In this document: positions 50,171 through 60,878 of the stretch, piece after piece
How positions within the stretch are numbered: position 1 is the stretch's first letter
How the letters are laid out: each line of letters opens with the position of its first letter
Made by a program: the position numbers and the translations under genes
From: Escherichia coli
GTDB lineage: Bacteria; Pseudomonadota; Gammaproteobacteria; Enterobacterales; Enterobacteriaceae
DNA: 64,000 nucleotides
NCBI RefSeq assembly: GCF_048403405.1
Contig: NZ_CP183129.1
Reading direction: 5' to 3' (one strand)
The notes under the pieces: model-generated
Databases searched by the model: none
What the model was told of the DNA's origin: nothing
What the model saw: only the letters and a program-made list of their open reading frames with translations

Positions 50171-51508
50171 ATGAACACTTCACCGGTGCGAATGGATGAT
50201 TTACCGCTTAACCGTTTTCACTGTCGAATTGCTGCGCTCACTTTCGGCGCACACCTGACCGACGGTTATGTTCTCGGCGTCATTGGTTACGCCATTATTC
50301 AGCTTACGCCCGCCATGCAACTGACGCCGTTAATGGCGGGAATGATTGGCGGCTCGGCGCTCCTTGGTTTGTTTCTTGGCAGCCTGGTTCTTGGATGGAT
50401 CTCCGACCATATTGGTCGGCAAAAAATCTTCACCTTCAGCTTTTTGCTGATTACGCTCGCTTCGTTTTTACAATATTTTGCCACCACGCCAGAGCATCTT
50501 ATAGGACTACGCATTTTGATTGGCATTGGTCTGGGAGGCGATTACTCAGTAGGTCACACTTTGCTGGCTGAATTTTCTCCGCGCCGCCATCGCGGTGTTT
50601 TGCTGGGCGCATTCAGTGTGGTGTGGACCGTAGGCTATGTGCTGGCAAGTATTGCCGGACATCACTTTATTACCGAAAGCCCGGAGGCCTGGCGCTGGCT
50701 GCTGGCATCAGCGGCGTTACCAGCCTTGCTGATTACGCTGCTACGTTGGGGAACGCCAGAATCGCCACGCTGGCTACTGCGCCAGGGGCGTTTTGCAGAA
50801 GCTCACGCTATCGTGCATCGCTACTTTGGTCCCCATGTTTTACTGGGCGATGAAGTGGCAACGGCGACCCATAAACACATCAAAACCTTGTTCTCTTCGC
50901 GCTACTGGCGGCGCACGGCGTTTAACAGCGTCTTCTTTGTCTGCCTCGTAATCCCATGGTTTGTGATTTACACCTGGCTGCCAACTATCGCGCAAACTAT
51001 TGGTCTGGAAGATGCGCTGACAGCTAGCCTGATGCTTAATGCGTTGTTAATTGTGGGCGCGCTGCTGGGATTAGTTCTGACGCACCTGCTGGCACATCGC
51101 AAATTTTTGCTGGGAAGTTTTTTGCTGCTGGCGGCAACGCTGGTAGTGATGGCCTGTTTGCCTTCCGGTAGTTCATTAACGCTGCTGCTTTTTGTTCTCT
51201 TCAGCACCACCATTTCGGCAGTCAGTAATCTGGTGGGCATTTTGCCTGCGGAAAGTTTTCCTACTGACATTCGCTCGCTGGGCGTCGGTTTTGCCACCGC
51301 CATGAGTCGGTTGGGCGCGGCAGTAAGTACGGGCCTGCTGCCGTGGGTGCTGGCGCAGTGGGGAATGCAAGTCACCTTATTGCTCCTGGCGGCAGTGTTG
51401 TTGGTTGGTTTTGTCGTGACCTGGCTATGGGCACCAGAAACCAAAGCACTCCCGCTGGTGGCGGCGGGAAATGTAGGAGGTGCGAATGAACATTCTGTTA
51501 GCGTTTAA
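50171..51508 (+). CDS. ygcS: MFS transporter (sugar-porter-like, uncharacterised)
   Basis: Start at ATG 50171 (MNTSPVRMDDLPL..., RBS aggggt); 12 TM MFS protein; the track start is 24 codons upstream. Confidence 0.85.
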   Translation: MNTSPVRMDDLPLNRFHCRIAALTFGAHLTDGYVLGVIGYAIIQLTPAMQLTPLMAGMIGGSALLGLFLGSLVLGWISDHIGRQKIFTFSFLLITLASFLQYFATTPEHLIGLRILIGIGLGGDYSVGHTLLAEFSPRRHRGVLLGAFSVVWTVGYVLASIAGHHFITESPEAWRWLLASAALPALLITLLRWGTPESPRWLLRQGRFAEAHAIVHRYFGPHVLLGDEVATATHKHIKTLFSSRYWRRTAFNSVFFVCLVIPWFVIYTWLPTIAQTIGLEDALTASLMLNALLIVGALLGLVLTHLLAHRKFLLGSFLLLAATLVVMACLPSGSSLTLLLFVLFSTTISAVSNLVGILPAESFPTDIRSLGVGFATAMSRLGAAVSTGLLPWVLAQWGMQVTLLLLAAVLLVGFVVTWLWAPETKALPLVAAGNVGGANEHSVSV

Positions 51509-52265
51509 AGCCGAACCGGATGCCGGAATGCTGGCGGAAAAAGAGTGGCAGGCGGCGGCTCAGGGTAATAGCGGACCGGATGTTTCGCTTCTGCTAAGTT
51601 TACTCGGTGCTGATGAACAGGCTGCCGCCGCGCTGCTGTTGGCGCAGAGAAAAAACGGTACGTCGATGTCTTTAACCGCGTTGAGCATGGGGAATGAACG
51701 GGCGTTGCACTGGCTGCGCTATCTCATGGCTCTTGGGTTTGAGGAAGCTGTATTGCTGGAGACGGCGGCAGATCTGCGCTTTGCGCCGGAATTTGTCGCT
51801 CGCCATATTGCCGAATGGCAGCGTCAGAATCCGCTGGATCTGATAATTACCGGCTGCCAAAGCAGCGAAGGGCAGAATGGGCAAACGCCATTTTTGCTGG
51901 CGGAAATGCTGGGCTGGCCCTGCTTCACCCAGGTGGAGCGTTTCACTCTCGACGCGCCGTTTATCACCCTCGAACAGCGTACTGAACATGGGCTGCGCTG
52001 TTGCCGGGTTCGCTTGCCTGCGGTGATTGCCGTGCGTCAGTGTGGTGAAGTGGCCTTGCCAGTACCGGGAATGCGCCAGCGAATGGCTGCGGGGAAAGCA
52101 GCAATTATCCGTAAAACTGTTGCTGCCGAATCGCCAGCGATGCAGTGTCGGCAACTGGCAAGAGCAGAGCAACGACGCGGAGCGACGCTGATTGATGGGC
52201 AAACGGTAGCAGAAAAAGCGCAAAAGCTATGGCAGGACTATTTACGCCAAAGGATGCAGCCATGA
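51486..52265 (+). CDS. ygcR: Electron-transfer flavoprotein beta-subunit paralog (FixA-like)
   Basis: MNILLAFKAEPDAGMLAEKEW...; ETF-beta-like; start ATG 51486 with RBS aggagg; overlaps ygcS 3' end by 23 nt. Confidence 0.82.
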   Translation: MNILLAFKAEPDAGMLAEKEWQAAAQGNSGPDVSLLLSLLGADEQAAAALLLAQRKNGTSMSLTALSMGNERALHWLRYLMALGFEEAVLLETAADLRFAPEFVARHIAEWQRQNPLDLIITGCQSSEGQNGQTPFLLAEMLGWPCFTQVERFTLDAPFITLEQRTEHGLRCCRVRLPAVIAVRQCGEVALPVPGMRQRMAAGKAAIIRKTVAAESPAMQCRQLARAEQRRGATLIDGQTVAEKAQKLWQDYLRQRMQP

Positions 52266-53122
52266 ATATCGCAATTGTGACAATAAATCAGGAGAATGCC
52301 GCAATAGCGAGCTGGCTGGCAGAACAGGATTTCAGCGGTTGTACCCTGGCACACTGGCAGATTGAACCTCAGCCCGCTGTGGCGGAACAGGTACTGGATG
52401 CGCTGGTGGAACAGTGGCAGCGAACGCCTGCGGACGTTGTTATCTTTCCGCCGGGAACGTTTGGCGATGAACTGTCGACCCGGCTGGCCTGGCGTTTACA
52501 TGGTGCAAGCATCTGCCAGGTGACTTCGTTAGATATTCCAACCGTAAGCGTGCGCAAATCCCACTGGGGAAATGCGCTAACGGCGACGCTGCAAACAGAA
52601 AAACGCCTGCTATGCCTTTCCCTGGCGCGTCAGGCGGGAGCAGCGAAAAACGCCACGTTGCCCTCTGGTATGCAGCAACTGAACATTGTCCCAGGTGCGC
52701 TTCCCGACTGGCTGGTTAGCATAGAGAATCTGAAAAATGTTAGCCGCGACCCATTAGCTGAAGCCAGACGGGTGCTGGTGGTGGGGCAGGGCGGAGAGGC
52801 AGATAACCAGGAAATCGCTATGCTGGCAGAAAAGCTGGGAGCCGAAGTGGGCTACAGTCGGGCGCGAGTGATGAACGGTGGCGTTGATGCTGAAAAAGTG
52901 ATTGGTATTTCCGGACATCTGCTGGCACCTGAGGTGTGCATTGTTGTTGGCGCTTCCGGCGCAGCAGCGTTAATGGCGGGCGTACGCAATAGCAAGTTTG
53001 TGGTGGCGATTAATCATGACGCCAGCGCGGCGGTATTTTCACAGGCAGATGTTGGCGTGGTTGATGACTGGAAAGCGGTGCTGGAGGCACTGGTGACAAA
53101 CATTCACGCAGATTGCCAATAA
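52262..53122 (+). CDS. ygcQ: Electron-transfer flavoprotein alpha-subunit paralog (FixB-like)
   Basis: MNIAIVTINQENAAIASWLAEQ...; ETF-alpha-like; ATGA overlap with the ygcR stop. Confidence 0.82.
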   Translation: MNIAIVTINQENAAIASWLAEQDFSGCTLAHWQIEPQPAVAEQVLDALVEQWQRTPADVVIFPPGTFGDELSTRLAWRLHGASICQVTSLDIPTVSVRKSHWGNALTATLQTEKRLLCLSLARQAGAAKNATLPSGMQQLNIVPGALPDWLVSIENLKNVSRDPLAEARRVLVVGQGGEADNQEIAMLAEKLGAEVGYSRARVMNGGVDAEKVIGISGHLLAPEVCIVVGASGAAALMAGVRNSKFVVAINHDASAAVFSQADVGVVDDWKAVLEALVTNIHADCQ

Positions 53123-53170
53123 CGTGTTGCCGGATGATCCTGCCGATGGTTCTGGGCTGGGGATTTGTAA

Positions 53171-53204
53171 GCCTGATAAGACGCGTCAAGCGTCGTATCA
53201 GGCG
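53171..53204. repeat. REP element (part of a BIME-like cluster spanning about 53125-53235) between convergent ygcQ and ygcP
   Basis: gcctgataagacgcgtcaagcgtcgtatcaggcg palindrome flanked by further partial REP copies (gccggatg..., gtcggatgtggcgtg...). Confidence 0.7.
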
Positions 53205-53268
53205 CTGAATGTCGGATGTGGCGTGCAGCCTACAAATCACACAAATTCAATTCGTTACGATTATCCCG

Positions 53269-53844
53269 TCAAAGCAATTTTTTCGCTAGCGTCCAGACCC
53301 CGGTATTCGTGGTGGAAAGCGCCACAACACCCGCGTTAATCGCATTACGCGCATCTTCTTCATCGCACACCAGCCCGCCGGCAATCAGCGGTTGGCGGAT
53401 TTTCTCCGTCACCCAGCCCAGCACTTTGGGCATACAGCCTGGCAGGATCTCAATACAATCCGGATTCGATTGCGCAACTTGCTTATCAATGTTGTGAAAC
53501 GAAATCGAATCAACAATAAACAGGCGATGAATACAGAAAAAACCTTCCGCTCTTGCTGCTTTCAGCATCGATGCTTTCGTGCTGATAATGCCGTCCGCCT
53601 CAGTCACCAGTTTCAAAAACTGAATCACCACTTCTTTATTTGACGCGCCTTCCAGCAAATCAACATGAATAAAAGCATATTTTCCGGCGTTCTTAATCTT
53701 TTTAACGATATTACTGATGGTGCAGATATTGCCGTACAACACGGAAATAAACTGGCATTCAGAGTCGATTGCCAGTTGCAGGCTGGCATTATCTTTAACG
53801 GCAGCAATCACCGGATTCTGGCGGAGCAGGTGTAAGAGGGGCAT
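53269..53844 (-). CDS. ygcP: GlpP-like glycerol-3-phosphate-responsive transcription antiterminator family protein
   Basis: 191 aa MPLLHLLRQNPVIAAVKDNASLQLAIDSECQFISVLYGNICT...; resembles the B. subtilis GlpP antiterminator family. Confidence 0.85.
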   Translation of the reverse strand: MPLLHLLRQNPVIAAVKDNASLQLAIDSECQFISVLYGNICTISNIVKKIKNAGKYAFIHVDLLEGASNKEVVIQFLKLVTEADGIISTKASMLKAARAEGFFCIHRLFIVDSISFHNIDKQVAQSNPDCIEILPGCMPKVLGWVTEKIRQPLIAGGLVCDEEDARNAINAGVVALSTTNTGVWTLAKKLL

Positions 53845-53860
53845 AAATTATCCTTATTAT

Positions 53861-54121
53861 TTATCCAAAACGGTAGGTGATGCCGAATCCGGAAGGCGGA
53901 TAGCGCCACTGTTGTAGTGTTGATTCGTCGCACAGCAAACGGCAGGTGCCACACTCCAGGCAGCCGCGATAATCAACGCGTAAGTCACCTTCCGGTGTGA
54001 GCGAAAAAAGACCAGCCGGACAAGCGTTAATCAACCGTTGTACCGTCTGACGCTCAACGGAGTCAGCCGGAACAATGTGCGGCGCATCGGCAACGCGCCA
54101 GAGATTACGGGCTACAGACAT
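53861..54121 (-). CDS. ygcO: Ferredoxin-like protein (FixX-like)
   Basis: 86 aa from the ATG at 54121 (MSVARNLWRV...); Cys cluster CxxCxxC (CLECGTCRLLC); track ORF extends upstream. Confidence 0.8.
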   Translation of the reverse strand: MSVARNLWRVADAPHIVPADSVERQTVQRLINACPAGLFSLTPEGDLRVDYRGCLECGTCRLLCDESTLQQWRYPPSGFGITYRFG

Positions 54122-55383
54122 CGCAGACTCCTGATAACATCGCCCGCCAGATGCCACAGGCCGTGACGACGTAAATGACGCCAGAATAACTGGCGCAGCG
54201 GTGGAACAGGTTTATCACCCTGATCCCATAAATCACGGGAAATATCCTGCATTAACGCAGGCCATGCACGGTACCATCCAGGGCGTTGCAAAAGCGCCGG
54301 AACATGCTGATAACGTTGTAGAACATCCCATAGCAGGCTGCGCTCTATGTTGTGATGATAAAGCGCAAACAGATTTTGCGGCTCGCGGTGCTGGCAGGCG
54401 CTTATCAGCGTTTGTGCCGCCGCCTGCGCGCCAGTCAGCGCCATATCCATGCCGCGCACGGAAATTCCGGTATTGACGCAACTGCGCAACGCATCGCCCA
54501 GCAGCAGCCAGCCGTTACCGGCGTATTGCACCGGCATACTGTGCAAGCCACCTTCTGGCACCAGATGCGCACCATACTCCAGTGATTCCGTGTTTTTGAT
54601 AAGCGGGCGCACTGCCGGATGCGTTTTAAAGCGAGCCAGCAGCTCGCTTGCCGGAACACGACTTTGCGTAAGGGAAGAGAGCGGGCAAACAATCCCTAAC
54701 GAGAGCGTTTGTTGATTAGTATAAAGAAATGTGCCGCCGGGTAAGTCATCACAGATCCTGCCGCTGAACAGCAACGCTGCGCCTTCGTTATTCTCCAGAT
54801 GAAAACGTTCTTCAATAGCGGATGTTTCCAGCGACAGCACTTCTTTGATCCCCAACGCCATCGCTTCGCCAGCAGGACGAGTCACTAACCCGTGACGTTC
54901 AGCCAGGACGCTGTTGGCACCTTCTGCCAGCACCACATAACGGGCGCGGAGAATATCGTCACCACAAATGACACCACACACCCTGCCGTTTTCTTCATAC
55001 AGCGCATCCACCGTCGCACCAGGGATGCATTCGACACCTTCTTTTTCGGCTTCGGCAACCAGCCACGGATCGAACCGTGCACGTAATACGCTCCAGGATT
55101 CACCGCCGGGCTGTAAGCTGGAAAACGTCGTTGCGCCATCCGGCGTTAACAGGGAAAGGCTTTCGTGAGTGATGCGTCGTTCAAGAGGCGCGGTCAGATG
55201 AAATTGTGGGAGGAGTTCCGCGAGCGCATGGGTGTATAAACGCCCGCCGGAAAGGTTTTTACTGCCGGGAATTTCAGCTCGTTCCAGTAACAGAACGGAC
55301 AAACCTGCCCGCGCGCAGCGTAAAGCACAAGCGGTGCCTGCTATACCCGCACCAATAATAATAATGTCGCAGTCGTCTTCCAT
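54112..55383 (-). CDS. ygcN: FAD-dependent oxidoreductase (FixC / ETF-quinone oxidoreductase-like)
   Basis: FAD-binding motif IIIIGAGIAG near the N-terminus; start uncertain (ATG at 55383 or 55395, GTG at 55413). Confidence 0.82.
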   Translation of the reverse strand: MEDDCDIIIIGAGIAGTACALRCARAGLSVLLLERAEIPGSKNLSGGRLYTHALAELLPQFHLTAPLERRITHESLSLLTPDGATTFSSLQPGGESWSVLRARFDPWLVAEAEKEGVECIPGATVDALYEENGRVCGVICGDDILRARYVVLAEGANSVLAERHGLVTRPAGEAMALGIKEVLSLETSAIEERFHLENNEGAALLFSGRICDDLPGGTFLYTNQQTLSLGIVCPLSSLTQSRVPASELLARFKTHPAVRPLIKNTESLEYGAHLVPEGGLHSMPVQYAGNGWLLLGDALRSCVNTGISVRGMDMALTGAQAAAQTLISACQHREPQNLFALYHHNIERSLLWDVLQRYQHVPALLQRPGWYRAWPALMQDISRDLWDQGDKPVPPLRQLFWRHLRRHGLWHLAGDVIRSLRCL

Positions 55384-55460
55384 GTCGTGCCCCATATATC
55401 CAGAGCGCAACACCCTAACATAGCGTTACTTAAGGGAAATTGACCGCCGACACACTCTTA

Positions 55461-55826
55461 TCATTCGCCGCGATAGATGCAACCTGCGGTGCAGGTTTCT
55501 TTCACCATAACCGCACTTAACAGCGGAACAACCGGTTTAACCTGATCCCAAATCCATTTTGCTAAAACCTCGCTGGTCGGGTTTTCCAGGCCAGGAATAT
55601 CATTGAGATAATAGTGATCGAGGCGCTCGTAGGTTGGCTTAAACGCCGCTTTTAGTTCAGCGAAATCGATAATCCAGCCCGTATGCGGATCGACTTCCCC
55701 GGTAATTTCCAGTCGCACCATAAAGGAATGCCCGTGCAGGCGACCACATTTATGCCCTTCCGGGACGTGTGGTAAGCGGTGAGCGGCTTCGAAGGTGAAA
55801 TCTTTAAATAACGTGGTGGACATCAT
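55461..55826 (-). CDS. queD: 6-carboxy-5,6,7,8-tetrahydropterin synthase
   Basis: 121 aa [35 protein letters not shown]... matches QueD; track ORF extends 28 codons upstream. Confidence 0.93.
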   Translation of the reverse strand: MMSTTLFKDFTFEAAHRLPHVPEGHKCGRLHGHSFMVRLEITGEVDPHTGWIIDFAELKAAFKPTYERLDHYYLNDIPGLENPTSEVLAKWIWDQVKPVVPLLSAVMVKETCTAGCIYRGE

Positions 55827-56141
55827 AATTTCTCTACATGACGATAAAACCGCCGTAGAGTACCGGAAAGGCTGTTTTTTCGCATTATCTAAAACGACTT
55901 TGTTGCGCAAAATCGCTGATTTATCTTAATGATTGGCTAAATTCATTTGTTTTTCATTGGGTTGGTTAATCTGTTTTGTTGTTAAAGACTATTGCTAAAA
56001 CAGGTTAGTCGATTTGGTTATTAGTTATCGCTATCCCGTCTTTAATCCACACCGTTCACCCCGTTAACCTTACCTTCTCTTCTGTTTTATGGGCGCTGAC
56101 AGGGCGCAGAAACAGCTTTGCTTACTGGAACATAACGACGC

Positions 56142-57941
56142 ATGACGACACAGGTCCCACCTTCCGCGTTGCTTCCGTTGAACCCGGAGCAACTGGCACG
56201 CCTTCAGGCGGCCACGACCGATTTAACTCCCACCCAGCTTGCCTGGGTTTCTGGCTATTTCTGGGGCGTGCTCAACCAGCAGCCTGCTGCGCTTGCAGCG
56301 ACGCCAGCGCCCGCCGCAGAAATGCCGGGTATAACTATTATCTCTGCTTCGCAAACCGGCAATGCGCGCCGGATTGCTGAAGCATTACGCGATGATTTAT
56401 TGACGGCAAAACTGAACGTTAAGCTGGTGAACGCGGGCGACTATAAATTCAAACAAATCGCCAGCGAAAAACTGCTTATCGTGGTGACGTCAACGCAAGG
56501 GGAAGGGGAACCGCCGGAAGAAGCCGTCGCGCTGCATAAGTTCCTGTTCTCCAAAAAAGCGCCGAAGCTGGAAAACACCGCGTTTGCCGTGTTTAGCCTC
56601 GGCGATAGTTCTTATGAATTTTTCTGCCAGTCCGGGAAAGATTTTGACAGTAAGCTGGCGGAACTGGGCGGTGAACGCCTGCTCGACCGTGTCGATGCCG
56701 ACGTTGAATACCAGGCTGCTGCCAGCGAGTGGCGCGCCCGCGTGGTTGATGCGCTTAAATCGCGTGCGCCTGTCGCGGCACCTTCGCAATCCGTCGCTAC
56801 TGGCGCGGTAAATGAAATCCACACCAGCCCGTACAGCAAAGACGCGCCGCTGGTGGCGAGCCTCTCTGTTAACCAGAAAATTACCGGGCGTAACTCTGAA
56901 AAAGACGTTCGCCATATCGAAATTGACTTAGGTGACTCGGGCCTGCGTTACCAGCCGGGTGACGCGCTGGGTGTCTGGTATCAGAACGATCCGGCACTGG
57001 TGAAAGAACTTGTCGAACTGCTGTGGCTGAAAGGTGATGAACCTGTCACCGTTGAGGGCAAAACCCTGCCGCTGAACGAAGCGCTACAGTGGCACTTCGA
57101 ACTGACCGTCAACACCGCCAACATTGTTGAGAACTATGCCACGCTTACCCGCAGCGAAACGCTGCTGCCGCTGGTGGGCGATAAAGCGAAGTTACAGCAT
57201 TACGCCGCGACGACGCCGATTGTCGACATGGTGCGTTTCTCTCCGGCGCAACTGGATGCCGAAGCGCTGATTAACCTGCTGCGCCCGCTGACCCCGCGCC
57301 TGTATTCCATCGCCTCCTCGCAGGCGGAAGTCGAGAACGAAGTACACGTCACCGTTGGCGTGGTGCGTTACGACGTGGAAGGCCGCGCCCGTGCCGGTGG
57401 TGCCTCCAGCTTCCTCGCGGACCGCGTGGAAGAAGAGGGCGAAGTCCGCGTCTTTATCGAACATAACGATAACTTCCGCCTGCCAGCCAATCCGGAAACC
57501 CCGGTGATTATGATTGGCCCAGGCACCGGCATCGCGCCGTTCCGCGCCTTTATGCAGCAGCGCGCTGCTGACGAAGCGCCGGGGAAAAACTGGCTGTTCT
57601 TTGGCAACCCGCACTTTACGGAAGATTTCCTCTACCAGGTGGAGTGGCAGCGCTACGTCAAAGAGGGCGTGCTGACGCGTATCGATCTCGCCTGGTCGCG
57701 CGATCAAAAAGAAAAAGTTTACGTACAAGACAAACTGCGCGAACAGGGCGCGGAGCTGTGGCGCTGGATCAATGACGGTGCCCACATTTATGTCTGCGGC
57801 GACGCTAATCGCATGGCGAAAGACGTTGAGCAGGCACTTCTGGAAGTGATTGCCGAATTTGGTGGCATGGACACCGAAGCGGCGGATGAATTTTTAAGTG
57901 AGCTGCGCGTAGAGCGCCGTTATCAGCGAGATGTCTACTAA
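56142..57941 (+). CDS. cysJ: Sulfite reductase [NADPH] flavoprotein alpha subunit
   Basis: 599 aa [28 protein letters not shown]... matches CysJ. Confidence 0.97.
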   Translation: MTTQVPPSALLPLNPEQLARLQAATTDLTPTQLAWVSGYFWGVLNQQPAALAATPAPAAEMPGITIISASQTGNARRIAEALRDDLLTAKLNVKLVNAGDYKFKQIASEKLLIVVTSTQGEGEPPEEAVALHKFLFSKKAPKLENTAFAVFSLGDSSYEFFCQSGKDFDSKLAELGGERLLDRVDADVEYQAAASEWRARVVDALKSRAPVAAPSQSVATGAVNEIHTSPYSKDAPLVASLSVNQKITGRNSEKDVRHIEIDLGDSGLRYQPGDALGVWYQNDPALVKELVELLWLKGDEPVTVEGKTLPLNEALQWHFELTVNTANIVENYATLTRSETLLPLVGDKAKLQHYAATTPIVDMVRFSPAQLDAEALINLLRPLTPRLYSIASSQAEVENEVHVTVGVVRYDVEGRARAGGASSFLADRVEEEGEVRVFIEHNDNFRLPANPETPVIMIGPGTGIAPFRAFMQQRAADEAPGKNWLFFGNPHFTEDFLYQVEWQRYVKEGVLTRIDLAWSRDQKEKVYVQDKLREQGAELWRWINDGAHIYVCGDANRMAKDVEQALLEVIAEFGGMDTEAADEFLSELRVERRYQRDVY

Positions 57942-59653
57942 TGAGCGAAAAACATCCAGGGCCTTTAGTGGTCGAAGGAAAACTGACAGACGCCGAGCGC
58001 ATGAAGCTTGAAAGCAACTACCTGCGCGGCACCATTGCGGAAGATTTAAACGACGGCCTGACCGGTGGTTTTAAGGGCGACAACTTCCTGCTGATCCGCT
58101 TCCACGGCATGTATCAGCAGGATGACCGCGACATCCGCGCCGAACGTGCTGAACAGAAGCTGGAGCCACGTCATGCAATGCTGTTGCGCTGTCGTCTGCC
58201 GGGTGGGGTTATTACCACCAAACAGTGGCAGGCGATCGATAAATTTGCCGGTGAAAACACCATCTATGGCAGCATTCGCCTGACCAACCGCCAGACGTTT
58301 CAGTTCCACGGCATTCTGAAAAAGAACGTCAAACCGGTGCACCAGATGCTGCACTCGGTCGGTCTTGATGCGCTGGCGACTGCTAACGACATGAACCGTA
58401 ACGTACTCTGCACCTCGAACCCTTACGAGTCGCAGCTGCACGCGGAAGCCTATGAATGGGCGAAGAAAATCTCTGAACATCTGCTGCCGCGTACCCGCGC
58501 GTATGCGGAGATCTGGCTCGATCAGGAAAAAGTCGCCACCACCGATGAAGAACCGATCCTCGGTCAGACTTATTTGCCGCGTAAATTCAAAACCACGGTA
58601 GTGATCCCGCCGCAGAACGATATCGATCTGCACGCCAACGACATGAACTTCGTGGCGATCGCCGAAAACGGCAAGTTGGTGGGCTTTAACCTGCTGGTGG
58701 GCGGTGGGCTTTCTATCGAACACGGCAACAAGAAAACCTACGCCCGCACGGCGAGTGAGTTTGGTTATCTGCCGCTGGAGCATACGCTGGCGGTGGCAGA
58801 AGCCGTCGTGACGACTCAGCGCGACTGGGGTAACCGTACCGATCGTAAAAATGCCAAAACCAAATACACGCTGGAGCGCGTGGGAGTTGAGACGTTTAAA
58901 GCGGAAGTGGAGCGTCGCGCGGGGATCAAATTTGAACCGATCCGTCCATATGAGTTCACCGGACGCGGCGATCGTATTGGTTGGGTTAAGGGCATTGATG
59001 ATAACTGGCACCTGACGCTGTTTATCGAAAATGGTCGCATCCTTGATTATCCGGGGCGTCCGCTGAAAACTGGCCTGCTGGAGATCGCGAAGATCCACAA
59101 AGGTGATTTCCGCATTACGGCGAACCAGAATCTGATCATCGCCGGTGTGCCGGAAAGCGAGAAAGCGAAGATCGAGAAGATCGCCAAAGAGAGCGGGTTA
59201 ATGAATGCCGTCACGCCGCAGCGTGAAAACTCAATGGCCTGCGTGTCATTCCCGACTTGCCCGCTGGCGATGGCCGAAGCCGAGCGTTTCCTGCCGTCTT
59301 TTATCGACAACATCGATAATTTAATGGCGAAACATGGTGTCAGCGATGAGCATATCGTGATGCGTGTAACAGGCTGCCCGAACGGTTGTGGTCGCGCGAT
59401 GCTGGCGGAAGTGGGCCTGGTGGGTAAAGCGCCGGGTCGCTACAACCTGCATCTTGGCGGCAACCGCATTGGGACACGTATCCCACGGATGTATAAAGAA
59501 AACATCACCGAGCCGGAAATCCTGGCGTCGCTTGATGAACTGATAGGGCGCTGGGCGAAAGAGCGCGAAGCGGGTGAAGGCTTCGGCGACTTTACGGTGC
59601 GTGCGGGCATCATTCGCCCGGTGCTCGATCCGGCGCGCGATTTGTGGGATTAA
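57941..59653 (+). CDS. cysI: Sulfite reductase [NADPH] hemoprotein beta subunit
   Basis: 570 aa [30 protein letters not shown]... matches CysI; start overlaps the cysJ stop (TAATG). Confidence 0.97.
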   Translation: MSEKHPGPLVVEGKLTDAERMKLESNYLRGTIAEDLNDGLTGGFKGDNFLLIRFHGMYQQDDRDIRAERAEQKLEPRHAMLLRCRLPGGVITTKQWQAIDKFAGENTIYGSIRLTNRQTFQFHGILKKNVKPVHQMLHSVGLDALATANDMNRNVLCTSNPYESQLHAEAYEWAKKISEHLLPRTRAYAEIWLDQEKVATTDEEPILGQTYLPRKFKTTVVIPPQNDIDLHANDMNFVAIAENGKLVGFNLLVGGGLSIEHGNKKTYARTASEFGYLPLEHTLAVAEAVVTTQRDWGNRTDRKNAKTKYTLERVGVETFKAEVERRAGIKFEPIRPYEFTGRGDRIGWVKGIDDNWHLTLFIENGRILDYPGRPLKTGLLEIAKIHKGDFRITANQNLIIAGVPESEKAKIEKIAKESGLMNAVTPQRENSMACVSFPTCPLAMAEAERFLPSFIDNIDNLMAKHGVSDEHIVMRVTGCPNGCGRAMLAEVGLVGKAPGRYNLHLGGNRIGTRIPRMYKENITEPEILASLDELIGRWAKEREAGEGFGDFTVRAGIIRPVLDPARDLWD

Positions 59654-59670
59654 CCATCAGCCCGGTCTTG

Positions 59671-59705
59671 TAGGCCTGATAAGACGCGTGAGCGTCGCAT
59701 CAGGC
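59671..59705. repeat. REP element in the cysI-cysH spacer
   Basis: taggcctgataagacgcgtgagcgtcgcatcaggc. Confidence 0.7.
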
Positions 59706-59726
59706 AAGGCAAACAGTGAGGAATCT

Positions 59727-60461
59727 ATGTCCAAACTCGATCTAAACGCCCTGAACGAACTGCCGAAGGTAGATCGCATTCTGGCGCTGGCGGAAACTAA
59801 CGCCGAACTGGAAAAACTGGACGCTGAAGGCCGCGTTGCTTGGGCGCTGGATAATCTGCCCGGTGAATATGTACTTTCTTCTAGCTTTGGCATTCAGGCG
59901 GCGGTGAGCCTGCATCTGGTGAATCATATTCGCCCGGATATTCCAGTGATCCTCACCGATACCGGTTATCTGTTCCCGGAAACCTACCGCTTTATTGACG
60001 AGTTAACGGACAAACTCAAGCTCAACCTGAAAGTGTACCGTGCTACCGAAAGCGCGGCCTGGCAGGAAGCACGCTACGGCAAACTGTGGGAACAGGGCGT
60101 TGAAGGCATTGAAAAGTACAATGACATCAACAAAGTCGAACCGATGAACCGGGCGCTGAAAGAACTTAACGCGCAAACCTGGTTTGCTGGCCTGCGCCGT
60201 GAACAATCCGGCAGCCGCGCCAATTTACCGGTGCTGGCAATTCAGCGTGGCGTATTTAAAGTGCTGCCGATTATCGACTGGGATAACCGAACTATTTATC
60301 AGTACCTGCAAAAACATGGCCTGAAATATCACCCATTATGGGACGAAGGATATTTATCGGTGGGCGATACCCATACAACCCGTAAATGGGAACCCGGCAT
60401 GGCGGAAGAAGAAACGCGTTTCTTTGGCTTAAAAAGGGAATGTGGGTTACACGAAGGGTAA
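59727..60461 (+). CDS. cysH: Phosphoadenosine phosphosulfate (PAPS) reductase
   Basis: 244 aa [36 protein letters not shown]...; the track ORF begins upstream inside the REP / cysI 3' end. Confidence 0.96.
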   Translation: MSKLDLNALNELPKVDRILALAETNAELEKLDAEGRVAWALDNLPGEYVLSSSFGIQAAVSLHLVNHIRPDIPVILTDTGYLFPETYRFIDELTDKLKLNLKVYRATESAAWQEARYGKLWEQGVEGIEKYNDINKVEPMNRALKELNAQTWFAGLRREQSGSRANLPVLAIQRGVFKVLPIIDWDNRTIYQYLQKHGLKYHPLWDEGYLSVGDTHTTRKWEPGMAEEETRFFGLKRECGLHEG

Positions 60462-60479
60462 ATATTGCCGGATAAATTA

Positions 60480-60517
60480 AACGCCTCTGTCAGAAATGAT
60501 GGGGGCGTTTTTATTTT
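60480..60517 (+). terminator. Candidate cysH intrinsic terminator
   Basis: aacgcc...ggcgtt stem with a long loop followed by tttttatttt. Confidence 0.4.
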
Positions 60518-60725
60518 GCGAGCAGCATTCCGGCATTTAAAGGTGAACATCGCAGGGAGAATTAACAGGTATAGAATGGAGTTGGGTGCTTGAGGCTGTC
60601 TGGCGTTAAGCATTCGCGAGGTTCCAGATGGACAAAAGCCCCAGGCGATATTTCTATCAACCTGAGGCCAGCGTTCGAACCTAAGCAATTCGAATGTTAG
60701 TCTCTTCTTTGCAGGGAGGCAAGAC

Positions 60726-60878
60726 ATGCTGACAAAATATGCCCTTGTGGCAATCATCGTACTGTGTTGTACAGTACTGGGATTCACGCTGATGGTAGGC
60801 GACTCGTTGTGTGAGTTGAGTATCAGAGAACGTGGTATGGAGTTTAAGGCAGTTCTCGCTTACGAATCGAAGAAGTAG
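60726..60878 (+). CDS. Hok-family type I toxin (50-aa small membrane protein), part of a hok/sok-like locus
   Basis: [53 protein letters not shown]: N-terminal TM helix plus conserved Hok motif DSLCE...R...[11 protein letters not shown]; below the 60-aa cutoff of the ORF track; followed by hairpin cgcgggg gtaaaa ccccgcg (60885-60904) and a T run; K-12 carries a hok/sok-type locus (sokX) at this position. Confidence 0.8.
   Translation: MLTKYALVAIIVLCCTVLGFTLMVGDSLCELSIRERGMEFKAVLAYESKK

Noticed and set aside
58046-59098. 350-aa minus-strand ORF
   Set aside because: Antisense to cysI, no independent support
60628-60690. Possible mok-like overlapping reading frame upstream of the hok-like ORF
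   Set aside because: The ATG at 60628 terminates after about 19 codons (TAA near 60682) and does not overlap the hok frame, so I could not identify a canonical mok
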